NCBI GenBank assembly: GCA_034722055.1
Contig: JAYENL010000186.1
Location: 1 to 31,663, forward strand
Direction of reading: 5' to 3'
Source: Armatimonadota bacterium
GTDB taxonomy: Bacteria; Armatimonadota; Zipacnadia; Zipacnadales; UBA5352
DNA: 31,663 nucleotides
Shown: piece by piece, positions 1 to 12,090 of the stretch
Layout: each line of letters begins with the position of its first letter
Position numbering within the stretch: the first letter of the stretch is position 1
Translations under genes and position numbers: made by a program
Notes under the pieces: generated by a model
Seen by the model: the letters and a program-made list of their open reading frames with translations, nothing else
Told to the model about the DNA's origin: nothing
Databases searched by the model: none

Positions 1-33
1 TGGTTGTGGGTTCGATTCCCATCGCCCACCCCA
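1..33 (+). tRNA. 3' part of a tRNA, probably tRNA-His (truncated by window edge)
   Basis: T-loop GTTCGATTC, acceptor strand CGCCCAC, C discriminator and encoded CCA at 31-33. C73 is typical of bacterial tRNA-His. The anticodon is outside the window. Confidence 0.75.
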
Positions 34-40
34 TCTAACG

Positions 41-164
41 TCAGATCACGGCAGATCACGGCAGATCACGGCAGACAAAGGCAGACAACGGCAGAATACG
101 GCAGACAAAGGCAGATAACGGCAGACAACGGCAGATAACGACAGCTAACGACAGAATACGGCAG
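41..164. repeat. Tandem array of 12 and a partial 10-bp units, consensus GCAGAnnACG
   Basis: Units: tcagatcacg, gcagatcacg x2, gcagacaaag, gcagacaacg, gcagaatacg, gcagacaaag, gcagataacg, gcagacaacg, gcagataacg, acagctaacg, acagaatacg, gcag. Confidence 0.95.
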
Positions 165-200
165 GCGAAGTGCAGGGCCTCGGTCACGAGGCAGCGCTGC

Positions 201-277
201 GCGCCCGTAGCTCAGTGGATGAGAGCAACGGACTTCGGATCCGTAGGTCGGGGGTTCGAATCCTCCCGGGCGCGCCA
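201..277 (+). tRNA. tRNA-Arg (anticodon TCG)
   Basis: Acceptor GCGCCCG/CGGGCGC; anticodon arm ACGGA-CTTCGGA-TCCGT (TCG at 235-237); GGTTCGAATCC; CCA end. Confidence 0.95.
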
Positions 278-300
278 CAGCATCTCGACGCGAGCGGCAC

Positions 301-329
301 TTGACAGCCGCGCACAGAAGCCATAGTCT
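301..329 (+). promoter_or_regulatory. sigma70-type promoter upstream of tRNA-Lys
   Basis: TTGACA-17 bp-TAGTCT, 14 bp before the tRNA. Confidence 0.7.
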
Positions 330-343
330 ATTGGCCCCTGCGT

Positions 344-419
344 GGACCGGTAGCTTAGCTGGCAGAGCAGGGGATTCTTAATCCCAAGGTCGGTGGTTCG
401 AATCCACCCCGGTCCACCA
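344..419 (+). tRNA. tRNA-Lys (anticodon CTT)
   Basis: Acceptor GGACCGG/CCGGTCC; anticodon loop TTCTTAA; GGTTCGAATCC; ACCA end; top anticodon-stem pair is a G:A mismatch. Confidence 0.92.
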
Positions 420-535
420 TCTAGCCTTCCATCGGTCAGGCGCGCTGCAGGCGGCGCGCCGAAACTGTATTGTGGGGGCCATCACCGTGGCACGCAGCTT
501 GCGGCGGCGCCTCAGCCCCCGGACGGGGGGGGAAC

Positions 536-620
536 GGGCGCGTGATGGAACTGGTAGACATGCATGACTTAGGATCATGTGGGGCAACCCGTGGGAGTTC
601 GAGTCTCCCCGCGCCCACCA
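536..620 (+). tRNA. tRNA-Leu (anticodon TAG)
   Basis: 85 nt; CATGA-CTTAGGA-TCATG arm; long variable arm GGG-GCAA-CCC; ACCA end. Confidence 0.95.
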
Positions 621-749
621 CCCCACCGATTACGAGTCCCGGGGCGGCGTGGCCGGCCCTGCACAGTACTGCTGCAGCCACACCGAGAACGACGCGATCA
701 ACGGTGCTCGCGGCTCGGCGCTGCGTGCACTGCATGGGAGCGATGAGCC

Positions 750-2369
750 GTGGATGTTGACGTTCGAGAGCTCGGCGGCAGCCGAGTTGCCCTGCACGTG
801 AAGCTCAGCGCCGATGAGGTCAAGGGCGCCTTTGACCGCACCTACCAGTCCCTCTCCGACCGGGGAGGCATCCGGGGCTTCCGCCCCGGGAAGGTTCCTC
901 GCAAGATCCTGGACCGCTACTACGACTATGATCTCATCCGCGGCGCCACCTACGAGACGCTCGTTCAGGAGCGTCTCGAGGAGGCCCTCGACCAGGAGGG
1001 CCTGCAGCCCATCGAGCAGCTCAGCATCGAGACGGGCGCCCCGCCCGACGAGGAGGAGCTGGCGGCCGAGAGGATCAGGTCCGGGCTGGCTCAGGAGGAG
1101 GAAGCACAGCAGCCGGCCGACCCCGAGGAGCTCACTGACGAGGAGCTGCAGGAGGAGCTGAAGGACATCCCCCTCGTGGAGGGCGAGGCCTTCGAGTTCT
1201 ACTCCGTCTTCACAACCTGGCCCCGGCCGAAGCTGCCGGACATGGACGAGCTGTCGCTGAAGCGGCCGGTCACGCGGGTCAGCGATGAGGAGGTGGAGGA
1301 GCAGCTCGAGGAACTGCGCCGGCTCAACATCCAGGAGGTGGAGGCGGAGCGCGAGGAGATCGCAGATGGCGACCTGGTGGTTGCGGACGTAAAGGTGGTA
1401 GTGGAGGGCGAGGATCCCGCCGAGGTGGAGGCCACGGAGCAGGACATCGAGGTGGGCAACCGGGAGTACCTGGCGGATCTCGACCAGAAGCTCATCGGCC
1501 ACACCGCCGGCGATGTGGTGGAGGCCCAGTTCGAGTACGACCAGGATCACCCCGACGAGGACCTGGCCGGCAGGAGCGCTCGCATCATCGCGGAGATCCA
1601 CTCCTTCTCCGCGCGGGAGCTGCCGGAGCTGACGGATGAGTTCGCGCGCAGCCTTGGCGACTACGAGAGCCTCGAGGACCTGCGGCGGTCGATCCGTGAG
1701 CAGCTCCAGGAGCAGTATGATGAGCAGGCGGAGGAAGAACTGCGCGGGCAGGTTATGCGTTATGTAATGGAGGGCACTGAGATCGAGCTGCCCGAGCAGT
1801 TTGTGGAGGAGGCGGCTGAACGCAGCCACGATCAACTCCGCGATGAGCTACAGCAGATGGGCATGTCGGTGGACGAGCTGGCGGAGGCCGTGGAGCTCGA
1901 CCCCGAGGAGCTGCGCGAGAACCAGCGGGCCCGGGCGGAGAGCGCCCTGAAGCTGCACTTCGCGCTCGACGCGCTGATCGAGGAGTGGGGAGTGGAGGTC
2001 ACTGACGAGGACCTGACCGAGGAGCTGCAGCGGATCGCCGCGGAGAGCGGCAGCGGCCTGGAGTTCGTGGAGCAGGCGGCGGCGCTGCAGCCGGACTTCG
2101 CTGAGGAGACACGGGATCGCGTGGCGAGGCGCAAGCTCCTGGACGAGATTATCGCCTCCGCCGACATCGAGGAGGTCCCGGCGGAGGAGTACGCCGAAGC
2201 GGAGGGGACCGAGAGGGCTCCGGAAGAGCCACAGCCCGAGCAGGCGCCCCTGCCGATTGGGGAGCCCGAGGTCGCTGAGGAGTCTGACGAGGCACCGATA
2301 ACGATGGCGTCGAAGGACGTACGCCATGAACCTGACGAGGACACCGAGCAGGAGAGTGAAGTGAATTGA
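750..2369 (+). CDS. tig: Trigger factor
   Basis: GFRPGKVP ribosome-binding signature; follows tRNA-Leu and precedes clpP-clpX; acidic insertion and acidic tail. Confidence 0.95.
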   Translation: MDVDVRELGGSRVALHVKLSADEVKGAFDRTYQSLSDRGGIRGFRPGKVPRKILDRYYDYDLIRGATYETLVQERLEEALDQEGLQPIEQLSIETGAPPDEEELAAERIRSGLAQEEEAQQPADPEELTDEELQEELKDIPLVEGEAFEFYSVFTTWPRPKLPDMDELSLKRPVTRVSDEEVEEQLEELRRLNIQEVEAEREEIADGDLVVADVKVVVEGEDPAEVEATEQDIEVGNREYLADLDQKLIGHTAGDVVEAQFEYDQDHPDEDLAGRSARIIAEIHSFSARELPELTDEFARSLGDYESLEDLRRSIREQLQEQYDEQAEEELRGQVMRYVMEGTEIELPEQFVEEAAERSHDQLRDELQQMGMSVDELAEAVELDPEELRENQRARAESALKLHFALDALIEEWGVEVTDEDLTEELQRIAAESGSGLEFVEQAAALQPDFAEETRDRVARRKLLDEIIASADIEEVPAEEYAEAEGTERAPEEPQPEQAPLPIGEPEVAEESDEAPITMASKDVRHEPDEDTEQESEVN

Positions 2370-2962
2370 GACTCATCCCGATGGTCATCGAGCAGACCCC
2401 GCGCGGGGAACGCTCATACGACATCTACTCGCGCTTGCTGAAGGAGCGCATCGTCATCCTGGGCACGCACATCGATGACGACATCGCCAACTCCATCATG
2501 TCGCAGCTCATCTTCCTGCAGGATGAGGACCCGCTGGAGCCCATATCCATGTACATCAACTCCGCGGGCGGGAGCATCACCGCCGGCCTTGCGATCTACG
2601 ACACCATGCGCTACATCCAGCCGGAGCTGCACACGTGGTGCATCGGACAGGCGGCCAGCATGTCCGCGGTCTTGCTGGCAGCCGGGGAGGAGGGCCATCG
2701 CTACGCGCTGCCCTACTCGCGGGTGATGATCCATCAGCCCTGGGGGCAGCTCGCGGGGGCGGCCGCCGATGTCCAGATCCAGGCCGAGGAGATGATCCGC
2801 CTCCGGAGCTGGATCAACGACATTCTGGCCCGACACACCGGGCAGCCGGTGGACAAGATCGAACGGGACACCGACCGGGACTACTTCATGACGGCGGAGG
2901 AGGCCCGGGACTACGGCATCGTGGACGCCGTGGTGGAGCGCCAGCCGGAGAGCGAGGAGTAA
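2366..2962 (+). CDS. clpP: ATP-dependent Clp protease proteolytic subunit
   Basis: IPMVIEQ...[15 protein letters not shown]; catalytic motifs AASM, MIHQP, DRDYF; TTG start overlaps the tig stop. Confidence 0.97.
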   Translation: MRLIPMVIEQTPRGERSYDIYSRLLKERIVILGTHIDDDIANSIMSQLIFLQDEDPLEPISMYINSAGGSITAGLAIYDTMRYIQPELHTWCIGQAASMSAVLLAAGEEGHRYALPYSRVMIHQPWGQLAGAAADVQIQAEEMIRLRSWINDILARHTGQPVDKIERDTDRDYFMTAEEARDYGIVDAVVERQPESEE

Positions 2963-3060
2963 TGACGGCGCGAGAAATGCGGCGATGGGGTGATGATTCG
3001 CCCCGCTGTGGGTATGATGAAGGACGGGGGCGTAGGGAGGAGCCGTCAGGAGAGTGAACG

Positions 3061-4332
3061 ATGGATATTGATGGCCAGGGCAGGGACTCCAGGCCGCTGC
3101 GGTGCTCATTCTGTGGCCGCGAAAAGCCGCAGGTCAATGAGCTGATCGCGGGCCCGGGCGTTTACATCTGCTCGGACTGCGTGGAGCTGTGCAACCAGAT
3201 ACTCCAGGGGAAGGCGGAGAAGCAGGCCAAGGCCGCCGCGGCGGACGGCCGGGTCCCCACGCCGCGGGAGATACACCATTACCTCAACGAGTACGTGGTG
3301 GGCCAGGAGCGGGCCAAGCGCGTGCTCTCGGTGGCCGTGTACAACCACTATAAGCGCGTCCGGCTGGGGGCCATCGAGGCTGACGTGGAGCTGGACAAGA
3401 CCAATATCCTCCTGCTGGGCCCCACCGGCTGCGGCAAGACCCTCCTGGCGCAGACGCTGGCGCGGATGCTGGACGTGCCCTTCACCATCGCCGACGCCAC
3501 CTCCGTCACGGAGGCGGGGTATGTGGGGGAGGACGTGGAGAACATCCTGCTGCAGCTTCTGATCGCCGCCGGCGGGGACGTGGAGCGGGCCGAGCACGGC
3601 ATCGTCTACATTGACGAGATCGACAAGATCGCCCGCAAGGCCGATAACCCCTCCATCACCCGCGACGTGTCCGGGGAGGGCGTGCAGCAGGCGCTGCTGA
3701 AGATCCTGGAGGGGACGGTCGCCAACGTACCCCCGCAGGGCGGGCGCAAGCACCCCCAACAGGAGTTCATCCAGGTGGACACCACCAACATCCTGTTCAT
3801 CTGCGGCGGGGTCTTCGACGGGCTCCTCGACATCATCCGCCAGCGCACCCGCAGCCGCACCATGGGCTTCCAGGCCGGCGCCGCTGAGGGCAAGCGGCAA
3901 CTCAGCGACGACGAGCTGCTGGCCGAGGTGATGCCCCAGGACCTCATGAAGTTCGGGCTCATCCCCGAGTTCATCGGCCGCCTGCCCAACATCGCCACCG
4001 TCGATCACCTCGACAAGGACGCCCTGGTGCAGGTGCTCACGGAGCCCCGGAATGCGCTGCTCAAGCAGTACCGGAAGCTCCTCAATCTGCTTGACGGCGT
4101 GGAGCTGGTCGTCACCGACGACGCGCTGGAGGCCGTCGCCGAGAGGGCGTTGGAGCGCAAGACCGGCGCCCGGGCCCTGCGCTCGGTCATCGAGGCCGTG
4201 ATGCTCGACGTCATGTTCGAGATCCCCTCGCGGGACGACATCAACCACTGCACCATCACAGCCGAGACCATCCGGGAGGGCAAGCAGCCGCTGCTGGAGA
4301 AGGTGTCGGACGGTGATCGCGAGGTGGCCTGA
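3061..4332 (+). CDS. clpX: Clp protease ATP-binding subunit
   Basis: C4 zinc-binding domain (CSFC...CSDC), Walker [40 protein letters not shown]. Confidence 0.98.
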   Translation: MDIDGQGRDSRPLRCSFCGREKPQVNELIAGPGVYICSDCVELCNQILQGKAEKQAKAAAADGRVPTPREIHHYLNEYVVGQERAKRVLSVAVYNHYKRVRLGAIEADVELDKTNILLLGPTGCGKTLLAQTLARMLDVPFTIADATSVTEAGYVGEDVENILLQLLIAAGGDVERAEHGIVYIDEIDKIARKADNPSITRDVSGEGVQQALLKILEGTVANVPPQGGRKHPQQEFIQVDTTNILFICGGVFDGLLDIIRQRTRSRTMGFQAGAAEGKRQLSDDELLAEVMPQDLMKFGLIPEFIGRLPNIATVDHLDKDALVQVLTEPRNALLKQYRKLLNLLDGVELVVTDDALEAVAERALERKTGARALRSVIEAVMLDVMFEIPSRDDINHCTITAETIREGKQPLLEKVSDGDREVA

Positions 4333-4355
4333 TCGTCAGGCCGCCCCGTGGCAGC

Positions 4356-6821
4356 ATGCATCTTGCCCGCGCAGGTGCGATCTCGATGCGCCGACAGCCC
4401 CCACTTGAGCCACCCGATGCCAACGGCCTGCCCGGACCCGGCCCCGAGCTCTGTGCCGCCGACTGGGTGGCACGGCCGGTGGAGGCCGAGGCGGCTGGAG
4501 GGGCATCGCTGCCGGTGCTTCCCGTCCGTGACGTGGTCGTCTTCCCCAGCACGGTCATCCCCCTGATCTTCGGCCGCGAGCGGAGCCTGCGAGCGCTGCG
4601 TCGGGCGCGCAGCGAGGACGCCATGGCCCTGCTCGTCGCCCAGCGGGACCCCGAGCACGACGATCCGGCGCCGGAGGACCTCTACCAGGTGGGCACCGTG
4701 GCCCGCTGTCTGCAATCGCTGGAGCTTCCTGACGGGACGGTGCGCGTGGTCGTTGAGGGCATGACCCGCGTGCGCATCGTTGAGATGCTGCAGACCGACC
4801 CCTTCATGGTGGCCGCCGTGGAGCCGGTCTCTGAGGTGCGCCCCGACCCCAGTCCGCACACCGAGGCCATCAAGCGCCGCACGCTCGATGAGTTCGAGGA
4901 GGCCACCGAGCTGTCGCGGCGCATTCCGCCGGAGGCTCTGGTCACCGCTCTGAACATCGACGATCTGGGCCAGCTTGCCGATATCATCACCTCCTGCCTG
5001 GACCTCGACCTCGGACATCGCCAGGCCCTGCTGGAGGAGTCTGACTGCGCCAGGCGGCTGCAGACCGTCGCCCGCTACCTGCTGGAGGAGTTGCGGGTGC
5101 TGCGTCTGGAGGAGGAGATGCGCGCGCGGGTCGAGGACGAGATTGACAGCTCGCAGCGCGAGTATTACCTCCGGGAGCACCTGCGGGCCATCCAGGACGA
5201 GCTCGGCCAGGTCGAGGGCGTCATGGGTGAGGCCTGGGAGTACCGGGAGCGGATCGAGGCCGCGGAGCTGCCCCAGCGCGCCCGGGAGGCGGCGGTGGAG
5301 CAGGTTGCGCGGCTGGAACGGATGCCCATGGCCTCCCCTGAGGTCAGCGTCATCCGCACCTATCTGGACTGGATCCTGGAGCTGCCGTGGGCCGGGGGGA
5401 CTGATGACCGGCTGGATGTGGAGCGGGCCCAGAGGATCCTCGACCAGGACCACTACGGGCTGACCAAGGCCAAGGAGCGGATCCTGGAGCTCCTGGCCGT
5501 GCGGCAACTGGTGGAGGAGGCCAAGGGCCCCATCCTGTGCTTCGTGGGACCGCCCGGGGTGGGCAAGACCTCCATCGGCCAATCCATCGCCCGGGCCATG
5601 GGCCGGGAGTTCGTCCGCATATCGCTCGGCGGCGTCCGTGACGAGGCCGAGATCCGCGGGCATCGCCGCACCTACGTGGGCGCCCTGCCGGGGCGGATCA
5701 TCCAGGCCCTGCGACGAGTGGGCTCCAGGAACCCGGTGTTCATGATCGACGAGGTGGACAAGATCGGCGCGGACTTCCGCGGCGACCCCTCCTCGGCGCT
5801 GCTGGAGGTGCTGGACCCCGAGCAGAACCACGCCTTCAGCGACCACTACCTGGAGGTGCCCTTCGACCTCTCGCGGGTGCTGTTCATCGCCACCGGGAAC
5901 ATCCTCGACACCGTCCCGCCGGCGCTGCGCGACCGCATGGAGGTCATCGAGTTCCCGGGGTACATCGAGGAGGAGAAGCTGCAGATCGCCCGCGACTACC
6001 TGGTCCCCAAGCAGCGGGAGGCCCACGGGCTGACCGGCCAGCACTTGCGCTTCCACCAGTCCGGCCTCCGGTCCCTGATCCGGCACTACACGCGCGAGGC
6101 GGGGGTGCGCAACCTGGAGCGCGAGATCGCCTCCATCTGCCGGAAGGTGGCCCGCGACGTGGCGGCCGGCAGCGACGAGACCGCGCAGGTGACCGCCCAG
6201 TTCGTGGAGGACGCGCTGGGCCCGGCCCGGCACACCTGGAACGGGGTGCGCGGGGAGCCGGCTGTGGGCGTGGCGACAGGTCTGTCCTACACGGACGCGG
6301 GCGGCGATGTGACCTCCATCGAGGTCAGCGTGGTTGAGGGCGATGGCGAGCTGCTATTGACCGGGCAGCTCGGCGAGGTCATGCGGGAGTCCGCCCAGGC
6401 GGCGCTCAGCTACGTTCGCGGGCGCACTGACAGGTTGGGGCTTCCCGCGAAGCACTTCTCGCGCCACGACATTCACGTGCACGTGCCGGCCGGGGCGGTG
6501 CCGAAGGAGGGCCCCTCCGCCGGGGTGACGATCTGCACCGCGCTGGTCTCGGCCCTGACCGGCCGGCCGGTGCGCTCCGAGGTGGCCCTGACCGGCGAGA
6601 TCTCGCTGCACGGCAGCGTGCTGCCCGTGGGCGGGGTGCGCGAGAAGGTGCTGGCAGCCCACCGCGCCGGCATCCGCACCGTGGTGCTTCCCGAGGACAA
6701 CGAGAGGGACATGGCCAACGGGGAGCAGTTCCCAGACGAGGTCTTCGAGGACCTGGAGTTCGTCTACGTCAGCGACATGCAGCAGGTGCTTGAGTGCGCG
6801 CTGGCTGACTCCGACTCGTAG
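4356..6821 (+). CDS. lon: Lon protease (LonA); start codon uncertain
   Basis: LON N-domain [35 protein letters not shown]; catalytic PKEGPSAG and GGVREK. Confidence 0.96.
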   Translation: MHLARAGAISMRRQPPLEPPDANGLPGPGPELCAADWVARPVEAEAAGGASLPVLPVRDVVVFPSTVIPLIFGRERSLRALRRARSEDAMALLVAQRDPEHDDPAPEDLYQVGTVARCLQSLELPDGTVRVVVEGMTRVRIVEMLQTDPFMVAAVEPVSEVRPDPSPHTEAIKRRTLDEFEEATELSRRIPPEALVTALNIDDLGQLADIITSCLDLDLGHRQALLEESDCARRLQTVARYLLEELRVLRLEEEMRARVEDEIDSSQREYYLREHLRAIQDELGQVEGVMGEAWEYRERIEAAELPQRAREAAVEQVARLERMPMASPEVSVIRTYLDWILELPWAGGTDDRLDVERAQRILDQDHYGLTKAKERILELLAVRQLVEEAKGPILCFVGPPGVGKTSIGQSIARAMGREFVRISLGGVRDEAEIRGHRRTYVGALPGRIIQALRRVGSRNPVFMIDEVDKIGADFRGDPSSALLEVLDPEQNHAFSDHYLEVPFDLSRVLFIATGNILDTVPPALRDRMEVIEFPGYIEEEKLQIARDYLVPKQREAHGLTGQHLRFHQSGLRSLIRHYTREAGVRNLEREIASICRKVARDVAAGSDETAQVTAQFVEDALGPARHTWNGVRGEPAVGVATGLSYTDAGGDVTSIEVSVVEGDGELLLTGQLGEVMRESAQAALSYVRGRTDRLGLPAKHFSRHDIHVHVPAGAVPKEGPSAGVTICTALVSALTGRPVRSEVALTGEISLHGSVLPVGGVREKVLAAHRAGIRTVVLPEDNERDMANGEQFPDEVFEDLEFVYVSDMQQVLECALADSDS

Positions 6822-6937
6822 CGGCGGCCAAGGCGCCCGCATCGCAGAGAGAGCCGTGCATCAAACAGACCCGTGGATGGCAGGCTTCCTTGCCCGCCCG
6901 GCCGTTGCCGTCAGAGCGATCTCAAGTGCGTCGCCGA

Positions 6938-6976
6938 AACGACGCACGGACAGGAGTGTCCGTGCCACGGAACGGC
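6938..6976 (-). repeat. REP-like hairpin, family C
   Basis: Reverse complement matches 30228-30266 at 37/39 positions; the two differences are a compensatory stem pair. Confidence 0.9.
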
Positions 6977-7112
6977 GGGCGTTGCCGTTGTCGTCGGGGC
7001 GGGGCGCGGGCGGGGCTGTGGCCGTGGGAAGAGGCCCGCAGGCGCCTCCGGGCGGGCTCGCCCGCGCGTTCCCCTGAGAGCGCGAATCCGCACTCGCGCC
7101 GGTGCCGGCCGC

Positions 7113-7142
7113 TTGACGCCGCAGGCGGGCCTCAGTTATACT
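7113..7142 (+). promoter_or_regulatory. sigma70-type promoter of the valS leader
   Basis: TTGACG-18 bp-TATACT, about 25 bp upstream of T-box stem I. Confidence 0.7.
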
Positions 7143-7167
7143 CCCGCAAAACCTGTCGCGCTCTGCA

Positions 7168-7428
7168 GGCTATGACGGGGAGGAGTAGGCGGGTCGCGCC
7201 ACCGACAGAGAGCCGGCGGCGAGCTGAGAGCCGGCGGTCGCGCCCCGCACGAAGGTCGCCCCCGAGCCGCGGCTGCGAACGCCCACGCCGGTAGCAGCCG
7301 CCGACTGACGGCCGTTACCTCGTCCATGAGCGCCGGCGGACCGGGCTGAGGTCCGGCCCCGGAATGTGGGTGGTACCGCGAGAGAGATGCCTCTCGTCCC
7401 ATGGCGGGACGGGAGGTTCTCTGCTTTT
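7168..7428 (+). ncRNA. T-box riboswitch (Val specifier)
   Basis: Stem I with GA motif, AGTA bulge, AGAGA and GCTG boxes; GAA followed by specifier GTC (7255-7257); stem II GGCTGC/GCAGCC; CCGTTA; T-box GGGTGGTACCGCG (7368-7380) pairing with CGTCCC; lies upstream of valS. Confidence 0.93.
7390..7428 (+). terminator. T-box attenuator terminator
   Basis: CCTCTCGTCCC-ATGGC-GGGACGGGAGG (11 bp, one G:U) followed by TTCTCTGCTTTT; mutually exclusive with the antiterminator. Confidence 0.8.
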
Positions 7429-7493
7429 AACCTGGCCGTACCCGAGCAAGTGTGCCCTCCGCTGAGATATCCAGGATAGCGAGGAGCAATCCC

Positions 7494-10151
<2,658 letters not shown>

Positions 10152-10174
10152 GAGGCAACACGCCGGCCTCCCCT

Positions 10175-10235
10175 GCGACCGGGAGGTCGCCAAGCGACCT
10201 GGCGCGGTCGCTTTCCCCCTCCGTTCCGGAGGGGG
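10175..10235. other. Hairpin cluster downstream of valS
   Basis: GCGACC-N4-GGTCGC, GCGACC-N6-GGTCGC and a perfect 9-bp stem CCCCCTCCG-TTC-CGGAGGGGG; no U-tract. Confidence 0.55.
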
Positions 10236-10367
10236 CGACTGAGGCAGCACATCCGCGGCTGGCGGCGCGCCTCGTTGAGATGCTCTCCGGGAGGGAGAGG
10301 AGGGCCCGGAGGAGAGGCAGCTCTCCTGGCTCCTCCGCGAGCAACGCGACAGACTCGGAGGAAGCCC

Positions 10368-11324
10368 ATGGCGTCAGTGACCGTCTCCGGCTCCGCGATC
10401 GTCATCGACACCGACCTGCTGTCGGCGGAGGTACACACCGAGGGGTACGTGTCAGGCGTGGCCGGCGGGACGCTGCTGGATAAGACCACCGGCGCGCGCG
10501 ACCTCGGCTTCGGCCTGGACATCGCCGACTTCCTCCTGGAGCCGCAGTGGGATGCGCCCGGCGCCGACGTCCAGCATCCCTACCACGGACGCGACATGGT
10601 CCACGGCCACCTGCCGCACCGCTACGTGGAGGGCCCGCAGATCTGCACCCAGGCCGGCAGCCTCGACCACGAGATCATCGAGGGCGACGACTTCGTGGCC
10701 GTCCGGCAGTGGTACGAATGGCAGTGGGCAACCTATGGCCGCGCACCCGGCTCGCGGTGGGAGCAGCATCTTCTCTTCAGAGACGGGTGGCGGCACGTCC
10801 TGGCGCACGACCGCATCACCAGCGCCAACGACGTGGATGCGCTGATCTTCCGCCTCGACATGCCGGGGCATCTCAAGCACCGGCGCGGCGACAGCTTCGA
10901 GCGGATCTACCTCAGCTACCATGGCCTCATCGCCGCGAAGGAGTTCGTGGACGACTTCCCGCCCGACGCGCGCTTCCTCTACCAGCGCGATGACGGCGAG
11001 GTGCCGGAGACGATGATCCGGGCCTATCAGGTGACCATGCCCGATGGCTCGCCGGGGCCGTGGCTGGCGGGCATCACGCTGGACCCCGCGGTGGTGTACC
11101 AGGCCTGGTGCCACCAGCGTGGCTACGTGTGCTTCATCGAGGAGATCGGGGGGCGGCCGGTGAAGGCGGGGGAGAGCTTCGGCGCCGCCTACGCGGTGGG
11201 CTGGTTCGATGACCTCAGCGACGCGGAAGAGGTGGCGCGGACCTGGCGGGGCTGCCGGGAGCTGGACGTGCACGCGACGGGCTGGGACCTCAGGCCGCGA
11301 GACGACGGGCCAATGAGAGGCTGA
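10368..11324 (+). CDS. Hypothetical protein, His/Trp-rich, probably beta-rich
   Basis: GGAGG 6 nt before ATG 10368; strong GC3 codon bias like its neighbours. Confidence 0.85.
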   Translation: MASVTVSGSAIVIDTDLLSAEVHTEGYVSGVAGGTLLDKTTGARDLGFGLDIADFLLEPQWDAPGADVQHPYHGRDMVHGHLPHRYVEGPQICTQAGSLDHEIIEGDDFVAVRQWYEWQWATYGRAPGSRWEQHLLFRDGWRHVLAHDRITSANDVDALIFRLDMPGHLKHRRGDSFERIYLSYHGLIAAKEFVDDFPPDARFLYQRDDGEVPETMIRAYQVTMPDGSPGPWLAGITLDPAVVYQAWCHQRGYVCFIEEIGGRPVKAGESFGAAYAVGWFDDLSDAEEVARTWRGCRELDVHATGWDLRPRDDGPMRG

Positions 11325-11327
11325 CTG

Positions 11328-11828
11328 ATGGCGGGGCGCCCTCGTGGAATGACGGTGCTGAGCTACCTCACCGCGCTGACGGCCCTGTGCATCGCCATGG
11401 GCTATCTCGACGCGGTGACCAGCTTCTACCTGCACGGGATGCTCCAGGTGGCGCATGAGGGGGGGAAGTACGCCCGGGGCTCAGTTGAGGACATGTCCCC
11501 GCGCGTTCGCGTGCTGGAGCAGACCAGGCAGGCGGCGGTGGTGCTGGTGCTGCTCACCATCGGGATCGTGGCGGGGCGCAACGGCCTGCAGCAGGCGGGG
11601 ACCTTCGTCTTCGCGCTGGGCGGGTGGGGCCTGATGCGCTACGCGGCCATCCGGACCATCACCGACTGGCCCGGCTCGCTGAGCGACGCCGACGTGGTGC
11701 TGTACCTGCCCCGGGCGATCCATGCCCCCGTGTGGATGGTGATGATCGTGGCGCTGGGACTGAGCGTGCTGGGGGTGGCGCTGATCCGCGGGGGAGCCGT
11801 GGCGATGAGGCGCGCCCGCGCCGGGTGA
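11328..11828 (+). CDS. Hypothetical integral membrane protein (about 4 TM)
   Basis: Four hydrophobic segments; starts 3 nt after the upstream stop; host-like codon usage. Confidence 0.8.
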   Translation: MAGRPRGMTVLSYLTALTALCIAMGYLDAVTSFYLHGMLQVAHEGGKYARGSVEDMSPRVRVLEQTRQAAVVLVLLTIGIVAGRNGLQQAGTFVFALGGWGLMRYAAIRTITDWPGSLSDADVVLYLPRAIHAPVWMVMIVALGLSVLGVALIRGGAVAMRRARAG

Positions 11829-11831
11829 GGA

Positions 11832-11866
11832 GAGCGATGAGTTGCGAGCGACGAGCGTCGAGCTGA
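11832..11866. repeat. Short degenerate heptamer array (GAGynnn x5)
   Basis: gagcgat gagttgc gagcgac gagcgtc gagctga. Confidence 0.6.
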
Positions 11867-11943
11867 CGACGAACAACAGCGGCGGGCTGGCTGGGCAACC
11901 CGCCCCTCGGTACGACATGACAGTGGCTCGGTGCGCGTGATCG

Positions 11944-12072
11944 GCCGCCCGCTGGTAGCTCGCTGCTGACTGCTGGTAGCCGACCGCTGATAGCTGACCG
12001 CTGATAGCTGACTGCTGATAGCTGACCGCTGATAGCTGACTGCTGATAGCTGACCGCTGATAGCCGACCGCT
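11944..12072. repeat. Heptamer tandem array, about 18 units, with 14/28-bp higher-order period
   Basis: Alternating GCTGATA and GCTGAC[C/T]; ends just before the GAAGGAGGG RBS. Confidence 0.95.
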
Positions 12073-12090
12073 TCCGAAGGAGGGCTCCAC

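Noticed and set aside
41..164. CRISPR array or the 66..278 minus-strand ORF
   Set aside because: No unique spacers and no cas genes. The ORF is antisense to tRNA-Arg and the repeat.
485..496. 12-bp match to module C (also a 13-bp match to module A at 28228-28240)
   Set aside because: Too short in GC-rich DNA and the second stem arm is missing. They could be decayed copies but this cannot be supported.
1..620. Prophage or island integrated at the tRNAs
   Set aside because: No integrase, and I found no duplicated tRNA 3' end in the window.
4005..6233. Long minus-strand ORFs (also 630..1835, 8706..10250, 13080..14741, 16020..17771, 18024..20057, 21089..22684)
   Set aside because: Antisense shadows of well-supported high-GC genes, with no recognisable motifs.
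6500..6525. Lon PKEGPSAG (usually PKDGPSAG) and ClpP AASMS as signs of inactivation
   Set aside because: The catalytic Ser/Lys and Ser/His/Asp residues are intact, and the substitutions are conservative.
7291..7293. GTA as the T-box specifier
   Set aside because: It lies in the stem II bulge. GTC at 7255-7257 occupies the stem I specifier-loop position.
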